A stretch of DNA of 64,000 nt from an uncultured Candidatus Saccharibacteria bacterium. GTDB taxonomy: Bacteria; Patescibacteriota; Minisyncoccia; UBA6257; 2-01-FULL-56-20. The stretch spans positions 18,113 through 82,112 of the forward strand of contig CAYHXC010000003.1 of the NCBI GenBank assembly GCA_964360585.1, in the 5' to 3' direction. Both the position numbers and the translations under genes were made by a program. This document shows positions 27,169 through 37,100 of this stretch, piece by piece (position 1 is the first letter of the stretch; each line of letters begins with the position of its first letter). Under the pieces are notes generated by a model that was given only the letters and a program-made list of their open reading frames with translations, was not told the DNA's origin and ran no database searches.

Positions 27169-28359
27169 TTACAACTCTGTCATTACCTCTCGAATGAAAT
27201 GGGGTAGGCTCATGCTGTCCTGAACATACTCTTGGCCGGCAGTGGCAATCTTTTTGAAAAGTGCTCGATCTTGAATTAGATCATCGACTCGGGTAGCGAT
27301 CTGGGCTGGACTCCGGACATCCACAAAGAGGGCATTTTCTCCGTCCCGAAGAACGCCGGCTACGGCGGTAATTCGAGAGACGATGAGTGGCAACCCAGCC
27401 GCCATTGCTTCGAAAGCCCCTACTCCCCAGATCTTCACGTCGTTAGGATGGACAAACACTTGGCTATCATGCATGGCTGCCAGATATCGGTCATCCGGCG
27501 CACCCTCGAAAAGAGCGGTAACGTGATCAGCGATACCTGAATCACGGATAAATTTTTCGAACTTCTCTCGATAGACAACGTTCCGATAAAAATCTTTGCA
27601 AATGATTAAGGCTCTCGCGTCGTACCCCTTGTTTCGCAATTGGGCGGCTGCGGCAATGGTATCTTCAAATCGTCTCTGGGGAGTCAGGGCACCAACACTC
27701 AAAAGCTGAATAGGTTTTGCAGGGTCTATACCTCCTTTCACAGGGGCATAGAATCTATCGAGATCAACTGGATTGGCAATGATCTTGATCGGTCGGCCAA
27801 GGACATTGACGACTTCCTTATTGCTTTCATCGTAGACAACGATGCGATCGATACCGGCGGCATAGTGCATCGCTCGCCGACGCTCGAACGAGTTCGCCAT
27901 CAGACTCAACAACTCCACAAACATGTTGGCCTTTTGTGAATGAAAAAAGGGGGGATTATTCATTATCCAGATTGTTTTAGTCTGTGGTCTCTGAGACTTA
28001 TACCACTTGCCCAGAGAATAGGTGTAGTCGTTCTCACAAATAAGAATCTCGAAATCTTTGTCCATACTTAAGAACATTCGCCGAACGGTTTCATTATAGA
28101 GACCGACGCTCGCGAGACGTTGAAAAATCTTGACTAGTAAGCTCGACGCGCTGCGCACTGAGGTGAGCGGTCGAGATGGCGGGACAACTCTTATATCGAG
28201 ACCGTGATTCAGATTGGGATATGCATGCAAAGCATCGAACTCTGCGGTGTAGATAGCAATCTGATGACCTTCCCTCATGAGCTCGCGAGCCATCAGGAAG
28301 ACCATCCTCGGATCGCCACTTTCTGTGGTGAGCGACAGATGGCAAATTGCTATCTTCAT
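27169..28359 (-). CDS. glycosyltransferase family 4 (group 1)
   Basis: 396 aa; MKIAICHLSLTTESGDPRMVFLMARELMREGHQIAIYT; C-terminal GT1-like FEAMAAGLPLIVS. Confidence 0.7.
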   Translation of the reverse strand: MKIAICHLSLTTESGDPRMVFLMARELMREGHQIAIYTAEFDALHAYPNLNHGLDIRVVPPSRPLTSVRSASSLLVKIFQRLASVGLYNETVRRMFLSMDKDFEILICENDYTYSLGKWYKSQRPQTKTIWIMNNPPFFHSQKANMFVELLSLMANSFERRRAMHYAAGIDRIVVYDESNKEVVNVLGRPIKIIANPVDLDRFYAPVKGGIDPAKPIQLLSVGALTPQRRFEDTIAAAAQLRNKGYDARALIICKDFYRNVVYREKFEKFIRDSGIADHVTALFEGAPDDRYLAAMHDSQVFVHPNDVKIWGVGAFEAMAAGLPLIVSRITAVAGVLRDGENALFVDVRSPAQIATRVDDLIQDRALFKKIATAGQEYVQDSMSLPHFIREVMTEL

Positions 28360-28967
28360 GTAGTAACGTTCGATTTCTCTTTCACACCGAGAACAAGATC
28401 AACATATTCGCACCACGCATGGTAGATCAGCTCGTGCATTTCCTGAATCCGCGCTGTCTCCTCCGTCGGCACAATGATGGCAACCGCGGGATGTATGGCC
28501 CGAACTGCCTCCGCTCCTTTCGTCCCGGTCATAAAAATCACCTCCATCTCTTTCCGACGGGCAGCCTCCACCGCCCGAAGAATGTTTGGTGATTTCCCGC
28601 TCGTCGTGAAAGCAACGAGCACATCACCGCTAGTACCAAGCGCTTCAATCTGCCGACTGAAAATATCATCAAATGAATAGTCGTTCGCAATAGCCGTAAG
28701 ATTCGAGGTATTCGTTGTCAGGGCAATCGCCGATAACGGTGGGCGGTCGTTCTTGTACCGACAGGCAAACTCGGCCACAAAATGCTGGCTGTCGGCAGCC
28801 GAGCCGCCGTTGCCGCAGGCAAAAATCCGATTTCCCACTACGGCGTCGGCAATTAATTGTGCGGCCTGAGCAATATCGGTTGCGCACTTACTGAGGGTTG
28901 CTGCGGCTACATCCGTGTGCCGCGCGTGAGCGGCCCGAAATGAGGCTAGTGGGTCAAGAGTAGACAT
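28356..28967 (-). CDS. gmhA: SIS-domain phosphoheptose isomerase (GmhA-like)
   Basis: 203 aa; NRIFACGNGGSAADSQHFVAEF...GDVLVAFTTSGKSPNILRAVEAA SIS pattern. Confidence 0.7.
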   Translation of the reverse strand: MSTLDPLASFRAAHARHTDVAAATLSKCATDIAQAAQLIADAVVGNRIFACGNGGSAADSQHFVAEFACRYKNDRPPLSAIALTTNTSNLTAIANDYSFDDIFSRQIEALGTSGDVLVAFTTSGKSPNILRAVEAARRKEMEVIFMTGTKGAEAVRAIHPAVAIIVPTEETARIQEMHELIYHAWCEYVDLVLGVKEKSNVTT

Positions 28968-29121
28968 AATAACGTATTCATACTAACTCAGATTCCCGCG
29001 AAGCGAAAGTTCTATCTTGGCTCGAAATAATTTGAAATAGTAACTTACTTTATATGTCACTCTATTGTGTAAGGTAGCACACAGGAACATAAAGATTGAC
29101 CGGAGAAGTTCGTCAACTGGC

Positions 29122-29394
29122 TAGAACCCATCTCAAAAATATATCAAGTCGCGTTTCGTCTGTTTTCCCGATTACGCAAGGCGCCGCTTCTCGAAGGTGT
29201 ACTTTGCGTACTCCGAGAAAGCGGCAACACAGCGTATCGGAAAAACAGACAAAACCCTTGGGGATAGGACTCCCGAACGCGATACCAGTGTCACTTCGGA
29301 GCTCAATGTGCCGCGAGCACACCTTCGTTCTTGTTTCGCGGTATCGCATTCAGGAGTCGATATCGCGACTGCTATATTTTTGAGATGGGTTCTA
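29122..29394. mobile_element. MITE-like palindromic element, copy A (22-bp perfect TIRs, TA flanks)
   Basis: TAGAACCCATCTCAAAAATATA at 29122-29143 is the exact reverse complement of 29373-29394; internal long imperfect palindrome; about 98% identical to 47338-47611; TA dinucleotide on both flanks; no credible ORF (ORF-track ORFs 29096/29113/29197 are translations of the repeat). Confidence 0.6.
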
Positions 29395-30349
29395 TGCTCT
29401 TGTCGGCTTCGATCATCTTCTTCACTCCGTCTTCAAGACTGTATTTCGGCCGCCACGAAAAGACACAGAACGTCTTGGCCATATCCGCCGCCTGACAACC
29501 ACTATCATGCGGGGGTTGTTCTAGACTACCCCAAAGAACTTTGCTTTTGGAACCGGTTTGTTTGATGACCAGATCCACAAGCTCGGCAAGCGTCACCGCC
29601 TGGCCGGAGGCGAGGTTAAATATTTCGCCTTTTTGAGCGGCGCTCTTTTCCATCGCTTCTACTAAAATCTCGATAACGTCACTGATAAAAATAAGATCTC
29701 TATTTACTGCCGGACTGGTGAGGCGAATATCCTCATTTCTCAGCGATGCACTAACTAGAACTTCCATAAGCTTCCCCCTTTCCATACCAGGTCCGTAGGG
29801 CGTAAAGATGCGAAACACCGTAATGGGTTTGCCGAAGGCATCCGCGAATGCTTGGCAGTAGAGAGAGGCTGTGAGTTTGGCTAAACCATAGGGGACCGTT
29901 GGTTCACACTGATTACGTTCCTGAAGTGGAGCTTTTTTGATCCCATACTCTAATGAACTACCGGCCTGAATGAAAAATTGGTAGTTGTCCTCACGAAGAG
30001 CCTGGAGAAGCCAGATAGTCCCAAGGGTATTGACCCGAATGAACTCTTCCGCGGATGTTTCACTATCTATGCGGGTGAGACGAGCGGCCAGATGAAAGAC
30101 GCCGCGCGGATGGAGACCGTGCAAAGCTTTCTCGACCTCTACAGGGTTCGCAATATCGCCCATGCGAACTTCTAAACTCGGCAAGAGATCCTTGATTCTC
30201 CGCACATCCGAATCTGGCTGAAGCAGGATCGCCACCCGATGACCATCACGCACCAAGCGACGTACCAGATGAGACCCAATAAAACCGGAAGCACCCGTCA
30301 CTAGAATGGGCGGCTTCATACCGTTCTCTATCTCCACATTGGTTGCCAT
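29372..30349 (-). CDS. NAD-dependent epimerase/dehydratase (extended SDR)
   Basis: 325 aa; ILVTGASGFIGSHLVRRL; YGLAKLTASLY (YxxxK); 3' end overlaps TIR of MITE-like copy A. Confidence 0.75.
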   Translation of the reverse strand: MATNVEIENGMKPPILVTGASGFIGSHLVRRLVRDGHRVAILLQPDSDVRRIKDLLPSLEVRMGDIANPVEVEKALHGLHPRGVFHLAARLTRIDSETSAEEFIRVNTLGTIWLLQALREDNYQFFIQAGSSLEYGIKKAPLQERNQCEPTVPYGLAKLTASLYCQAFADAFGKPITVFRIFTPYGPGMERGKLMEVLVSASLRNEDIRLTSPAVNRDLIFISDVIEILVEAMEKSAAQKGEIFNLASGQAVTLAELVDLVIKQTGSKSKVLWGSLEQPPHDSGCQAADMAKTFCVFSWRPKYSLEDGVKKMIEADKSIEPISKI

Positions 30350-30361
30350 CTCAGAAATTTT

Positions 30362-31453
30362 CTAATGCCAAGCGGCACGCGACTGTCTCTTATAATGGTC
30401 CATAAATTTTTTTGTGCGCTTAATCTTGTGCCACCAGGAAGTGTTCGTTGCATACCAGGTCGCAATATCACCAATCGAACCGGCGAGAGTATGTGTCGGT
30501 CGCCATCCTAGCTCTCGTTTCAGCTTAGACGAATCAGGGGCATATCGCATATCGGCACCCGGTCGATCGCCGATATGTTCCTTGGAAGCGCTGAGGTCTT
30601 TGCCGAGATGGTGAGCAAACATCGCCAGCACTTCTATATTTCTTTTCTGTTCTCCCGAAACATTGTAAATGCTGTTATCCGAAGCGTTATGAGCGATGAG
30701 ATTAATGGCCGAGCAAAAATCAAGAACATGGAGCCAACTCCGAATGTGTCGTCCGCCACCATGAATTGGAATTTTTCTTCCTTCTAGCATATTAGTGACA
30801 GCCAGGGGTATCAATTTTTCTGGATATTGATACGGACCGTAGTTATTGGAACCTCGGATGATGATGGCCGGGGCACGATGCGTACGAATATACGACTGCA
30901 CCAAAAGATCGGCACCGGCCTTCGAGGCGGCGTAAGGATTGGAAGGGCGAAACGGCGCTTCCTCGGTGGCACCGCCTCTCGCGACATCTCCATATACTTC
31001 GTCAGTTGAAATCTGAATGAATCTCCCCACTTGGTGGGCCCGCGAAGCTTCCAGGAGAGAGCGGACGCCCTCGATGTTGGTGCGGACAAAATCAAAGGAA
31101 CTGACAATGGATCGATCAACATGACTTTCCGCGGCGAAATTGACGATAAGGTCCGGCTTGTGCTTGGTAAAAATGCGATCCAGTAACGAGGCGTCACAGA
31201 TGTCGCCCTTCACGAAGCGGTACCGCCGCATGGAAGATTTCTGAGAAGCCTCAAGTCGATCAATGTCAGCAAGATTTTCAGGACTCCCGGCGTAGGTTAA
31301 AAGATCAAGATTAACAACTCGTGCGTCGGGGTGCGCATGGTAGTAGTGGCGAACAAAGTTAGAACCAATGAAACCACTTCCTCCACAAATGAGAACCGTC
31401 TTGAAGGAGCGGAGGTGTCTCGGGGGAACAACTTTTGTGCTCATCCGCTCCAT
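30362..31453 (-). CDS. rfbB: dTDP-glucose 4,6-dehydratase
   Basis: 363 aa; ICGGSGFIGSNFVRHY...FAAESHVDRS...YAASKAGADLLVQSY...YNVSGEQ RmlB signature. Confidence 0.8.
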   Translation of the reverse strand: MERMSTKVVPPRHLRSFKTVLICGGSGFIGSNFVRHYYHAHPDARVVNLDLLTYAGSPENLADIDRLEASQKSSMRRYRFVKGDICDASLLDRIFTKHKPDLIVNFAAESHVDRSIVSSFDFVRTNIEGVRSLLEASRAHQVGRFIQISTDEVYGDVARGGATEEAPFRPSNPYAASKAGADLLVQSYIRTHRAPAIIIRGSNNYGPYQYPEKLIPLAVTNMLEGRKIPIHGGGRHIRSWLHVLDFCSAINLIAHNASDNSIYNVSGEQKRNIEVLAMFAHHLGKDLSASKEHIGDRPGADMRYAPDSSKLKRELGWRPTHTLAGSIGDIATWYATNTSWWHKIKRTKKFMDHYKRQSRAAWH

Positions 31454-31476
31454 TGTAGTGTCACCCCTCTACGAAG

Positions 31477-32544
31477 TCAACGCACACCACCACGTAGATA
31501 CATAATTCCCGTGCGTACGAACAAGCGGATTTTTTTGAACGCGACCCAGATACGCCAGACGATGGGATAGATACCATACTTTCTGGCGAAATATACGTCC
31601 ATAAATTTTCTGTACCTCTCCCCTTTCCAGGGAGTCATCTTCACATAACGAAGATAGTCGGCATGAAATGGCATGGCTGAGAAGAAGTACCAGGGCTTGC
31701 CACCTCCCGAGTAATGGACGATGAGTGGATCGGGAACACCAAGCTTATCGGCTATATCGGTGATGAGATTGTAACGTGGTGGTAACTCGAGGCAGTCTCC
31801 CCACAGAACGATGTTCAAGGCGTCTTGGTCATGATAGGAGAGTTTGTTCGGGTGCGCCGTGATAATATCGAGAGCTTGGTCTTGGACAGCAAGGTTTCGC
31901 CAGCGTTCGACATCAACAAGCATAATCCCCGAATTAAAGTAAAACGTGGAAGTCGGCGGCGGCGTCACACCGACTGCTTGAGCGAGAGCGCGTAAGTGGT
32001 TCATCTTGTAATCCGGATCAGGATCGGCCACCACCCCCATGGTTTTACCTTGTAGATCCAGATTATAAAATTCCGCGATGTCTCCCCGGACAACCGTATC
32101 GACATCGAGGTTGATGGCCTTACGACAAGTCAGTGGAAGAATTTGACCCAAGGCCAGACGGTGATAGTTTTGGATGGGTAGTCGATAGTGTCCAGCCAGT
32201 TTATGTATAGGAACCTTACCAAAATATTCTTCGTTTGGCGTAACATACTGAATGGAAAAACCATATCGCTTTTCGAGTACATGCAACCGTTCTTTGCTCC
32301 GATCGGAAAGCCCTGAATCAATAATGTAGATGTCGATCGAGTAGTCACCCTTCTTGTTCTCAAAGAGCGAGCAGAGACAGGTGCCCAGGAGGACAGCGTA
32401 GCGATCATCACACGATAGAATAATGGGGATTGATTTCATAGCAATTAATAATGGTCCAATTATACACCCCGAAGTGACACTAAACAATCTCCCAGAGCTC
32501 ATCTCAAAAATAGATCCGTCGCGTTCATCCTCAGTTTTTATCAT
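31477..32544 (-). CDS. glycosyltransferase family 8 (LPS galactosyl/glucosyltransferase-like)
   Basis: 355 aa; IPIILSCDDRYAVLLGTCLCSLFEN...IYIIDSGLS...AINLDVDTVV (DxD) ...FNSGIMLVDVERW. Confidence 0.65.
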   Translation of the reverse strand: MIKTEDERDGSIFEMSSGRLFSVTSGCIIGPLLIAMKSIPIILSCDDRYAVLLGTCLCSLFENKKGDYSIDIYIIDSGLSDRSKERLHVLEKRYGFSIQYVTPNEEYFGKVPIHKLAGHYRLPIQNYHRLALGQILPLTCRKAINLDVDTVVRGDIAEFYNLDLQGKTMGVVADPDPDYKMNHLRALAQAVGVTPPPTSTFYFNSGIMLVDVERWRNLAVQDQALDIITAHPNKLSYHDQDALNIVLWGDCLELPPRYNLITDIADKLGVPDPLIVHYSGGGKPWYFFSAMPFHADYLRYVKMTPWKGERYRKFMDVYFARKYGIYPIVWRIWVAFKKIRLFVRTGIMYLRGGVR

Positions 32545-32813
32545 CCACCGAGGCAGGACGAGGAGACATAGGCTTTGTCTAGACTCCGAGGAGTAACGAT
32601 GGTGGTGATAAAAACTGAGAGAACCGAAGGATAGGAAGAAATGATTCGAATATGTCGTTGCTGCGTTCTCGATGTATCTTTGGATACACCTTCGAACTTG
32701 CGCCTCGTCTTCGAGTCATTTCTTCTCTATCGCGACAGGGTATATTTTTGAGATGAGCTCTTGATTGGTTAAATCCGACAGAGGAACTATAATATAACAG
32801 TACAAAATGAACT

Positions 32814-33185
32814 ATGAAAAAACTAACGGTTAGCTACGAACGTAAAGATAAGCGAGGCGCCTTCCAGGAGTATTTAAACAGTCCACTCCCATGGCGATCA
32901 ATTAATGCCGGTACCATGAAAAAAGGAGCGGTCATGGGAAATCACTACCATAAGAAATGCCTGGCAGTATTTTTCATTCTTTCCGGAAAAGCAGAAATAC
33001 TCGTCAAGGACGTACGTAAGAAATCGTCACCCGTTCGTTTTAAACTCGCTCCGACTCAGGGCGCCCTTATCTATCCGTACGAAACTCATGCCATCTGTTT
33101 CCTTCAAAAATCAACGTTTCTCCTCATGAAATCAGCAAAGTTCGATCCCAAAAATAACGATCTTTTTCTGTCGCCGTTATTATGA
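32814..33185 (+). CDS. WxcM/FdtA-like cupin (dTDP-4-keto-6-deoxyhexose 3,4-ketoisomerase-like)
   Basis: 123 aa; KRGAFQEY...MGNHYHKKCLAVFFILSGKAEILVKD...LAPTQGALIYPYETHAI matches FdtA-type cupin pattern. Confidence 0.5.
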   Translation: MKKLTVSYERKDKRGAFQEYLNSPLPWRSINAGTMKKGAVMGNHYHKKCLAVFFILSGKAEILVKDVRKKSSPVRFKLAPTQGALIYPYETHAICFLQKSTFLLMKSAKFDPKNNDLFLSPLL

Positions 33186-34243
33186 TAGGCATCGGCATTA
33201 TCGGAATAGGGTTTGGAGCTCGAGTGCACTTACCAGCATTTGAAGCTCTTAAAAAGCAGGTCCGAGTTGTCGCGCTGGCCGGAACTGACGCTTCAGAAAC
33301 GAAGCGGATCGCCGACGAACACCGTATTCAGTTCGCCACCACTTCTTGGAGAGCCCTCATCAAGCATCCGCTCGTCGAAGCAGTCAGCGTGGCAACACCG
33401 CCCAATACTCATGCAGAAATTGTTCTTCTGGCACTCAAAAGTGGCAAGCATGTGCTTTGTGAAAAACCGCTCTCACCATCAGTCATCGAGACAGATCTTA
33501 TGACTCAAACGGCACAGAAGAGCCGGCTGGTTCATGGGATTGATTTCGAATTCCGAATGACCCCCGAATGGGCTCAAGCTAAAAAGCTCGTAGCTCGCGG
33601 ACGGATCGGCCAGCTTCAGTACATCCATATATCGTGGCTGACGGGGGGTCGGGCCCGGAAGGACTTGCCCATCACGTGGCGTCAGCGCCAGGATGGCGGT
33701 GGTGTGCTTTCTGAATTCGGTTCTCACTTGGTAGATTTTATTGAATGGTTAGCGGGACCGATTGTGGCAGTTTCGACTGACCTCGAAACCATCAAGTATT
33801 ACCCGAAGCGAGAACGGAGATTCCTGGCGGACGACATGTGCAACATGCTTTTGCGGCTCAAAAATGGCGCTTTCGCAAACGTAGTTATCTCGAACGTGGT
33901 TCACGGAGGCAACGGATTTTCGATAGAGCTCTACGGCACTCAAGGCACTTTAAAACTCGTAAATAATAATCTCGGAGATAGCGTCTATGGCTTCGAGCTC
34001 TTCGAGGGTATTCCCGGCCGAGATGGCGTACGCCGTCTCCTCACGCCGAGAAGTTTCAGCAGGGAAAATACATTACCGTCCGACGGTCGCATTCTGGCGT
34101 TCCGGGAAATGGCCAAACAGTTCATTGCTGCCATTCAGAAAAAGCCGACTGATCTACCTGATTTTACAGTCGGCCGCCGTGTTCAGCGTGTCATTGAAGC
34201 CGCGCGACGATCGGCGCAACGCGATACCTGGGTGAAGGTATAG
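33182..34243 (+). CDS. Gfo/Idh/MocA family NAD(P)-dependent oxidoreductase
   Basis: 353 aa; MIGIGIIGIGFGARVHLPAF...VVALAG...HVLCEKPL canonical N-terminal Rossmann and EKP motif; start overlaps previous gene by 4 nt. Confidence 0.7.
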   Translation: MIGIGIIGIGFGARVHLPAFEALKKQVRVVALAGTDASETKRIADEHRIQFATTSWRALIKHPLVEAVSVATPPNTHAEIVLLALKSGKHVLCEKPLSPSVIETDLMTQTAQKSRLVHGIDFEFRMTPEWAQAKKLVARGRIGQLQYIHISWLTGGRARKDLPITWRQRQDGGGVLSEFGSHLVDFIEWLAGPIVAVSTDLETIKYYPKRERRFLADDMCNMLLRLKNGAFANVVISNVVHGGNGFSIELYGTQGTLKLVNNNLGDSVYGFELFEGIPGRDGVRRLLTPRSFSRENTLPSDGRILAFREMAKQFIAAIQKKPTDLPDFTVGRRVQRVIEAARRSAQRDTWVKV

Positions 34244-34272
34244 CAGTGATTCGTACTCACACCTCCCGCCTT

Positions 34273-34995
34273 TTATTTCTTGAATATATCCTGGGCCTTC
34301 TGATACCGTTCGGGGGTGCCAATATCAAGGACTTCGATCGGCACCACAAAGGCGTAACAAGGATGCGTGGTAATCAATTGAGGAAAGAAATCTTTCTCGA
34401 TCGAAAATGATCCGAGTGGCATCTCCGCTAGTGCTTGTCGAGTCATCAGATAGGTGCCAGCATTCACAAACCCTGCTCGTTTCTCGGCCCGTTCTCTGAA
34501 CCCATGAATGCGGTGTTCGTTGCCGAGGTCTATTGAGCCCACATCAGCGCGATCGGGTATGGGAGCGGCAGCGATGGTCAGGACACTTCCACGACTCAAA
34601 TGAAAATCGTGTAGTTCGGCAAGCGGCACATGCGCAAGCGTGTCTCCGTTCATCACAAAGAAATGATCTCCGAGAATTTTCGATTCGGCATGCTTCACGG
34701 CGCCCCCCGTTCCAAGCGGCTCTTCCTCTTCAGAAAAAATGATTTCTCCCCATCCGGGCCGGCTAGATTTCTCGCGCGATACAATCTCGACAACTTGATC
34801 CTTGAGATGTCCGACGCATAACACCACTCGACCAACTCCTTCGGAAAACAGCCGATCAAGTACAATAACAATAAAATGCTGAGTGCCCACGAGAGCGGTC
34901 ACTTTCTGACGACCAGGAAGAATGCTTTCTAGACGCGTGCCTCGGCCGCCACACAATATGACCGCATCCATGTTTCTTAGATCTTTCTGGCTCAT
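34273..34995 (-). CDS. sugar-1-phosphate nucleotidyltransferase (HddC-like, heptose-1-phosphate guanylyltransferase-type)
   Basis: 240 aa; AVILCGGRGTRLESILPGRQK (GxGxRL nucleotidyltransferase motif). Confidence 0.6.
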   Translation of the reverse strand: MSQKDLRNMDAVILCGGRGTRLESILPGRQKVTALVGTQHFIVIVLDRLFSEGVGRVVLCVGHLKDQVVEIVSREKSSRPGWGEIIFSEEEEPLGTGGAVKHAESKILGDHFFVMNGDTLAHVPLAELHDFHLSRGSVLTIAAAPIPDRADVGSIDLGNEHRIHGFRERAEKRAGFVNAGTYLMTRQALAEMPLGSFSIEKDFFPQLITTHPCYAFVVPIEVLDIGTPERYQKAQDIFKK

Positions 34996-35009
34996 CTCGA
35001 GAATAGCTA

Positions 35010-36026
35010 CTAGACAAGGCGAACGTCCGGATTATAATGCTCAATTGGGTCAAAGTGGATAATATGACTCCCGGATCTTTCGAAGGCGAAAGGCACATGG
35101 AGGAATTTGCCTAGTTTCTTACGAATTGCATCTTGGAACTTTGGCTCGGCAAATATCAGCATAAATCCTCCACCGCCTGCTCCCAAAAGTTTTCCGCCGA
35201 TGGCTCCGGATTCCCGGGCTGCCGCGTACATATCGTCGATGTGCTGATTTGTTATTTGAGAAGACAAACCTTTCTTGATCTGCCAGGATTGATCAAGAAG
35301 TTTCCCGAAGTCGGTGATGCTCGCCGAAGTATTCAATATCTTGATTGCTTCGGGAACGAGAGCCGCCATTTGGTGCAGTTCTTTTTCCTTATGTTTTGTA
35401 TTTTTCATCTGCTCCGCTGCGATCTCTGAAGCGTTCCGCGAGAAACCAGTGAAAAAAAGCATTAAGTGACTCTGGAGCTCTGCTAAGCGCTGAGCGGTGA
35501 GCGCCATCGGGCTTACTCGAATCTTTTCCTGACCACCAAACTCTATTTTGTTAAAACCGCCGTAAGCAACCGCTACCTGATCTTGAGAACCAACATTTTC
35601 TTTAATCAAATCCTGCTCCACATGTATGGCATCAGTGGCTAGCTGACGTTTTGAAATAAGTTTTCCCTGTAAACCATGCAGGCCATGCAAAAAACCAACG
35701 GTGAACGCCGAGCTGGAACCGAGTCCTGACATGGCCGGAAGGTCGGAGTTGTGTTGCATCTCAATGCCACTGCTCAGGTTGGCGTAGGTAAGACAAGCGC
35801 GCACCGAAGGATGCTTGATCTCGTCTATAGTCTTGGCGTGTTCCTGGATGCTATACCGAATCTGATAGTTATGCGGAAAAAATGGCGGCAGATACCGACA
35901 CGTTATGTAGCAGTATTTGTTAATGGTGGTTGAAAGCACAGCGCCGCCGTATTTATCGGCCCAGATGGGATAGTCCGTACCGCCACCGAAAAATGAAACG
36001 CGGAAGGGAGTTTTGGTGATAACCAT
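35010..36026 (-). CDS. GHMP-family sugar kinase (HddA-like D-glycero-D-manno-heptose 7-phosphate kinase)
   Basis: 338 aa; PFRVSFFGGGTDYP...LPAMSGLGSSSAFTVGF...GAIGGKLLGAGGGGFMLIF. Confidence 0.65.
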   Translation of the reverse strand: MVITKTPFRVSFFGGGTDYPIWADKYGGAVLSTTINKYCYITCRYLPPFFPHNYQIRYSIQEHAKTIDEIKHPSVRACLTYANLSSGIEMQHNSDLPAMSGLGSSSAFTVGFLHGLHGLQGKLISKRQLATDAIHVEQDLIKENVGSQDQVAVAYGGFNKIEFGGQEKIRVSPMALTAQRLAELQSHLMLFFTGFSRNASEIAAEQMKNTKHKEKELHQMAALVPEAIKILNTSASITDFGKLLDQSWQIKKGLSSQITNQHIDDMYAAARESGAIGGKLLGAGGGGFMLIFAEPKFQDAIRKKLGKFLHVPFAFERSGSHIIHFDPIEHYNPDVRLV

Positions 36027-36139
36027 GAAAATATAGGAGGGTTGGAGTGCAAACCCCGTTTAGCTTGCACGAGTGAGTATACGGGGACAAGGCCCGCGTG
36101 TCAAAGAAAAATCATCGCACAGAAGAAACACGACTCGCA

Positions 36140-37090
36140 CTAGGATAATTCGCGAATGATCGCCTCGCAATTGATGTCCATTTTGTCGGAAACAGGGTTC
36201 AGCCACTTCTCATCGAGTGTTCGGCGTACCAAAATATCTTTCTCTAATCTCAAAGCTGCGGCTGCGGCACGAAGCGCGTACGCCGAGACATTTTCGCTCT
36301 TACTATCTTCGATAATGACTAGCTTTTTGGTTACCCGAACGCTCTCCAGAATTGGTTTCCAGTCGATCGGCGTCATATAGTTCACATTGAAGAGTGCAAC
36401 TTTTAAACCGGCCTCCTTGAGCTCAGTGGCAAGCTGCCATCCATAGGGAAAGGCGAAGTTGAAGGTAACGATAGTGGCATCATCGCCTTCCAAATACTGA
36501 ACGTACTTTGTATTCGGGTCGGCGGCCATGGGTTTACCAGGATCGATAATCTCCTGCTTGAACAATCTTTGACTGATGCTCAAAATACGAAATCCTGGCG
36601 CACCAAGATGACTCATAATGATGCGCTCTGCATCGTAAGCGTTTGTAATCGCATAGCCATCGACTCGAGCCATAGAGCAAATATCGGCGAAATTGTTAGA
36701 ACTTGACTGCGGACCTTCATATCCCATATCGACGGTGACCGGGAAAATAGTAAAGGATCCCGAGGCATGGCCGATATTTCGGATGATGTTATAGGTGTTC
36801 ACGATCTGATCTATGCCCAGATAAAGAAAGTCCAGTTGTTTCATGAGAAAAACCGCCCGTTTACCACCGAGCATCAGGCCGAAACCAAAACCGACCTGGG
36901 CGTTCTCGGTATTTGTCGTATTCAAAACTAAACTCTGACCATTTGGTGCCAGACCACGGGTAAAGCCGGCGAGGCGAGAACCAGCGTTAATATTCTGTCC
37001 GTAGGCTACGATGTCACTAAACGAGCTAAAGCGCTTCCGCAGCAGTGAGTTGATATATTCGATATAAGTTCGAGATTGTGCAGATTCCAT
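36140..37090 (-). CDS. 2-oxoacid dehydrogenase E1 beta-subunit/transketolase C-terminal-like protein
   Basis: 316 aa; transketolase pyrimidine-binding plus C-terminal domain architecture; adjacent to E1 alpha-like gene. Confidence 0.6.
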   Translation of the reverse strand: MESAQSRTYIEYINSLLRKRFSSFSDIVAYGQNINAGSRLAGFTRGLAPNGQSLVLNTTNTENAQVGFGFGLMLGGKRAVFLMKQLDFLYLGIDQIVNTYNIIRNIGHASGSFTIFPVTVDMGYEGPQSSSNNFADICSMARVDGYAITNAYDAERIIMSHLGAPGFRILSISQRLFKQEIIDPGKPMAADPNTKYVQYLEGDDATIVTFNFAFPYGWQLATELKEAGLKVALFNVNYMTPIDWKPILESVRVTKKLVIIEDSKSENVSAYALRAAAAALRLEKDILVRRTLDEKWLNPVSDKMDINCEAIIRELS

Positions 37091-37100
37091 GTTCCCCTAA

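Noticed and set aside
29096-29565. ORFs 29096..29383, 29113..29349, 29197..29565 and 47282..47620, 47372..47566 as conserved duplicated small proteins
   Set aside because: Their identity is explained by the duplicated 273-bp palindromic element. They overlap each other on both strands, have no SD, and the palindrome guarantees mirrored ORFs.
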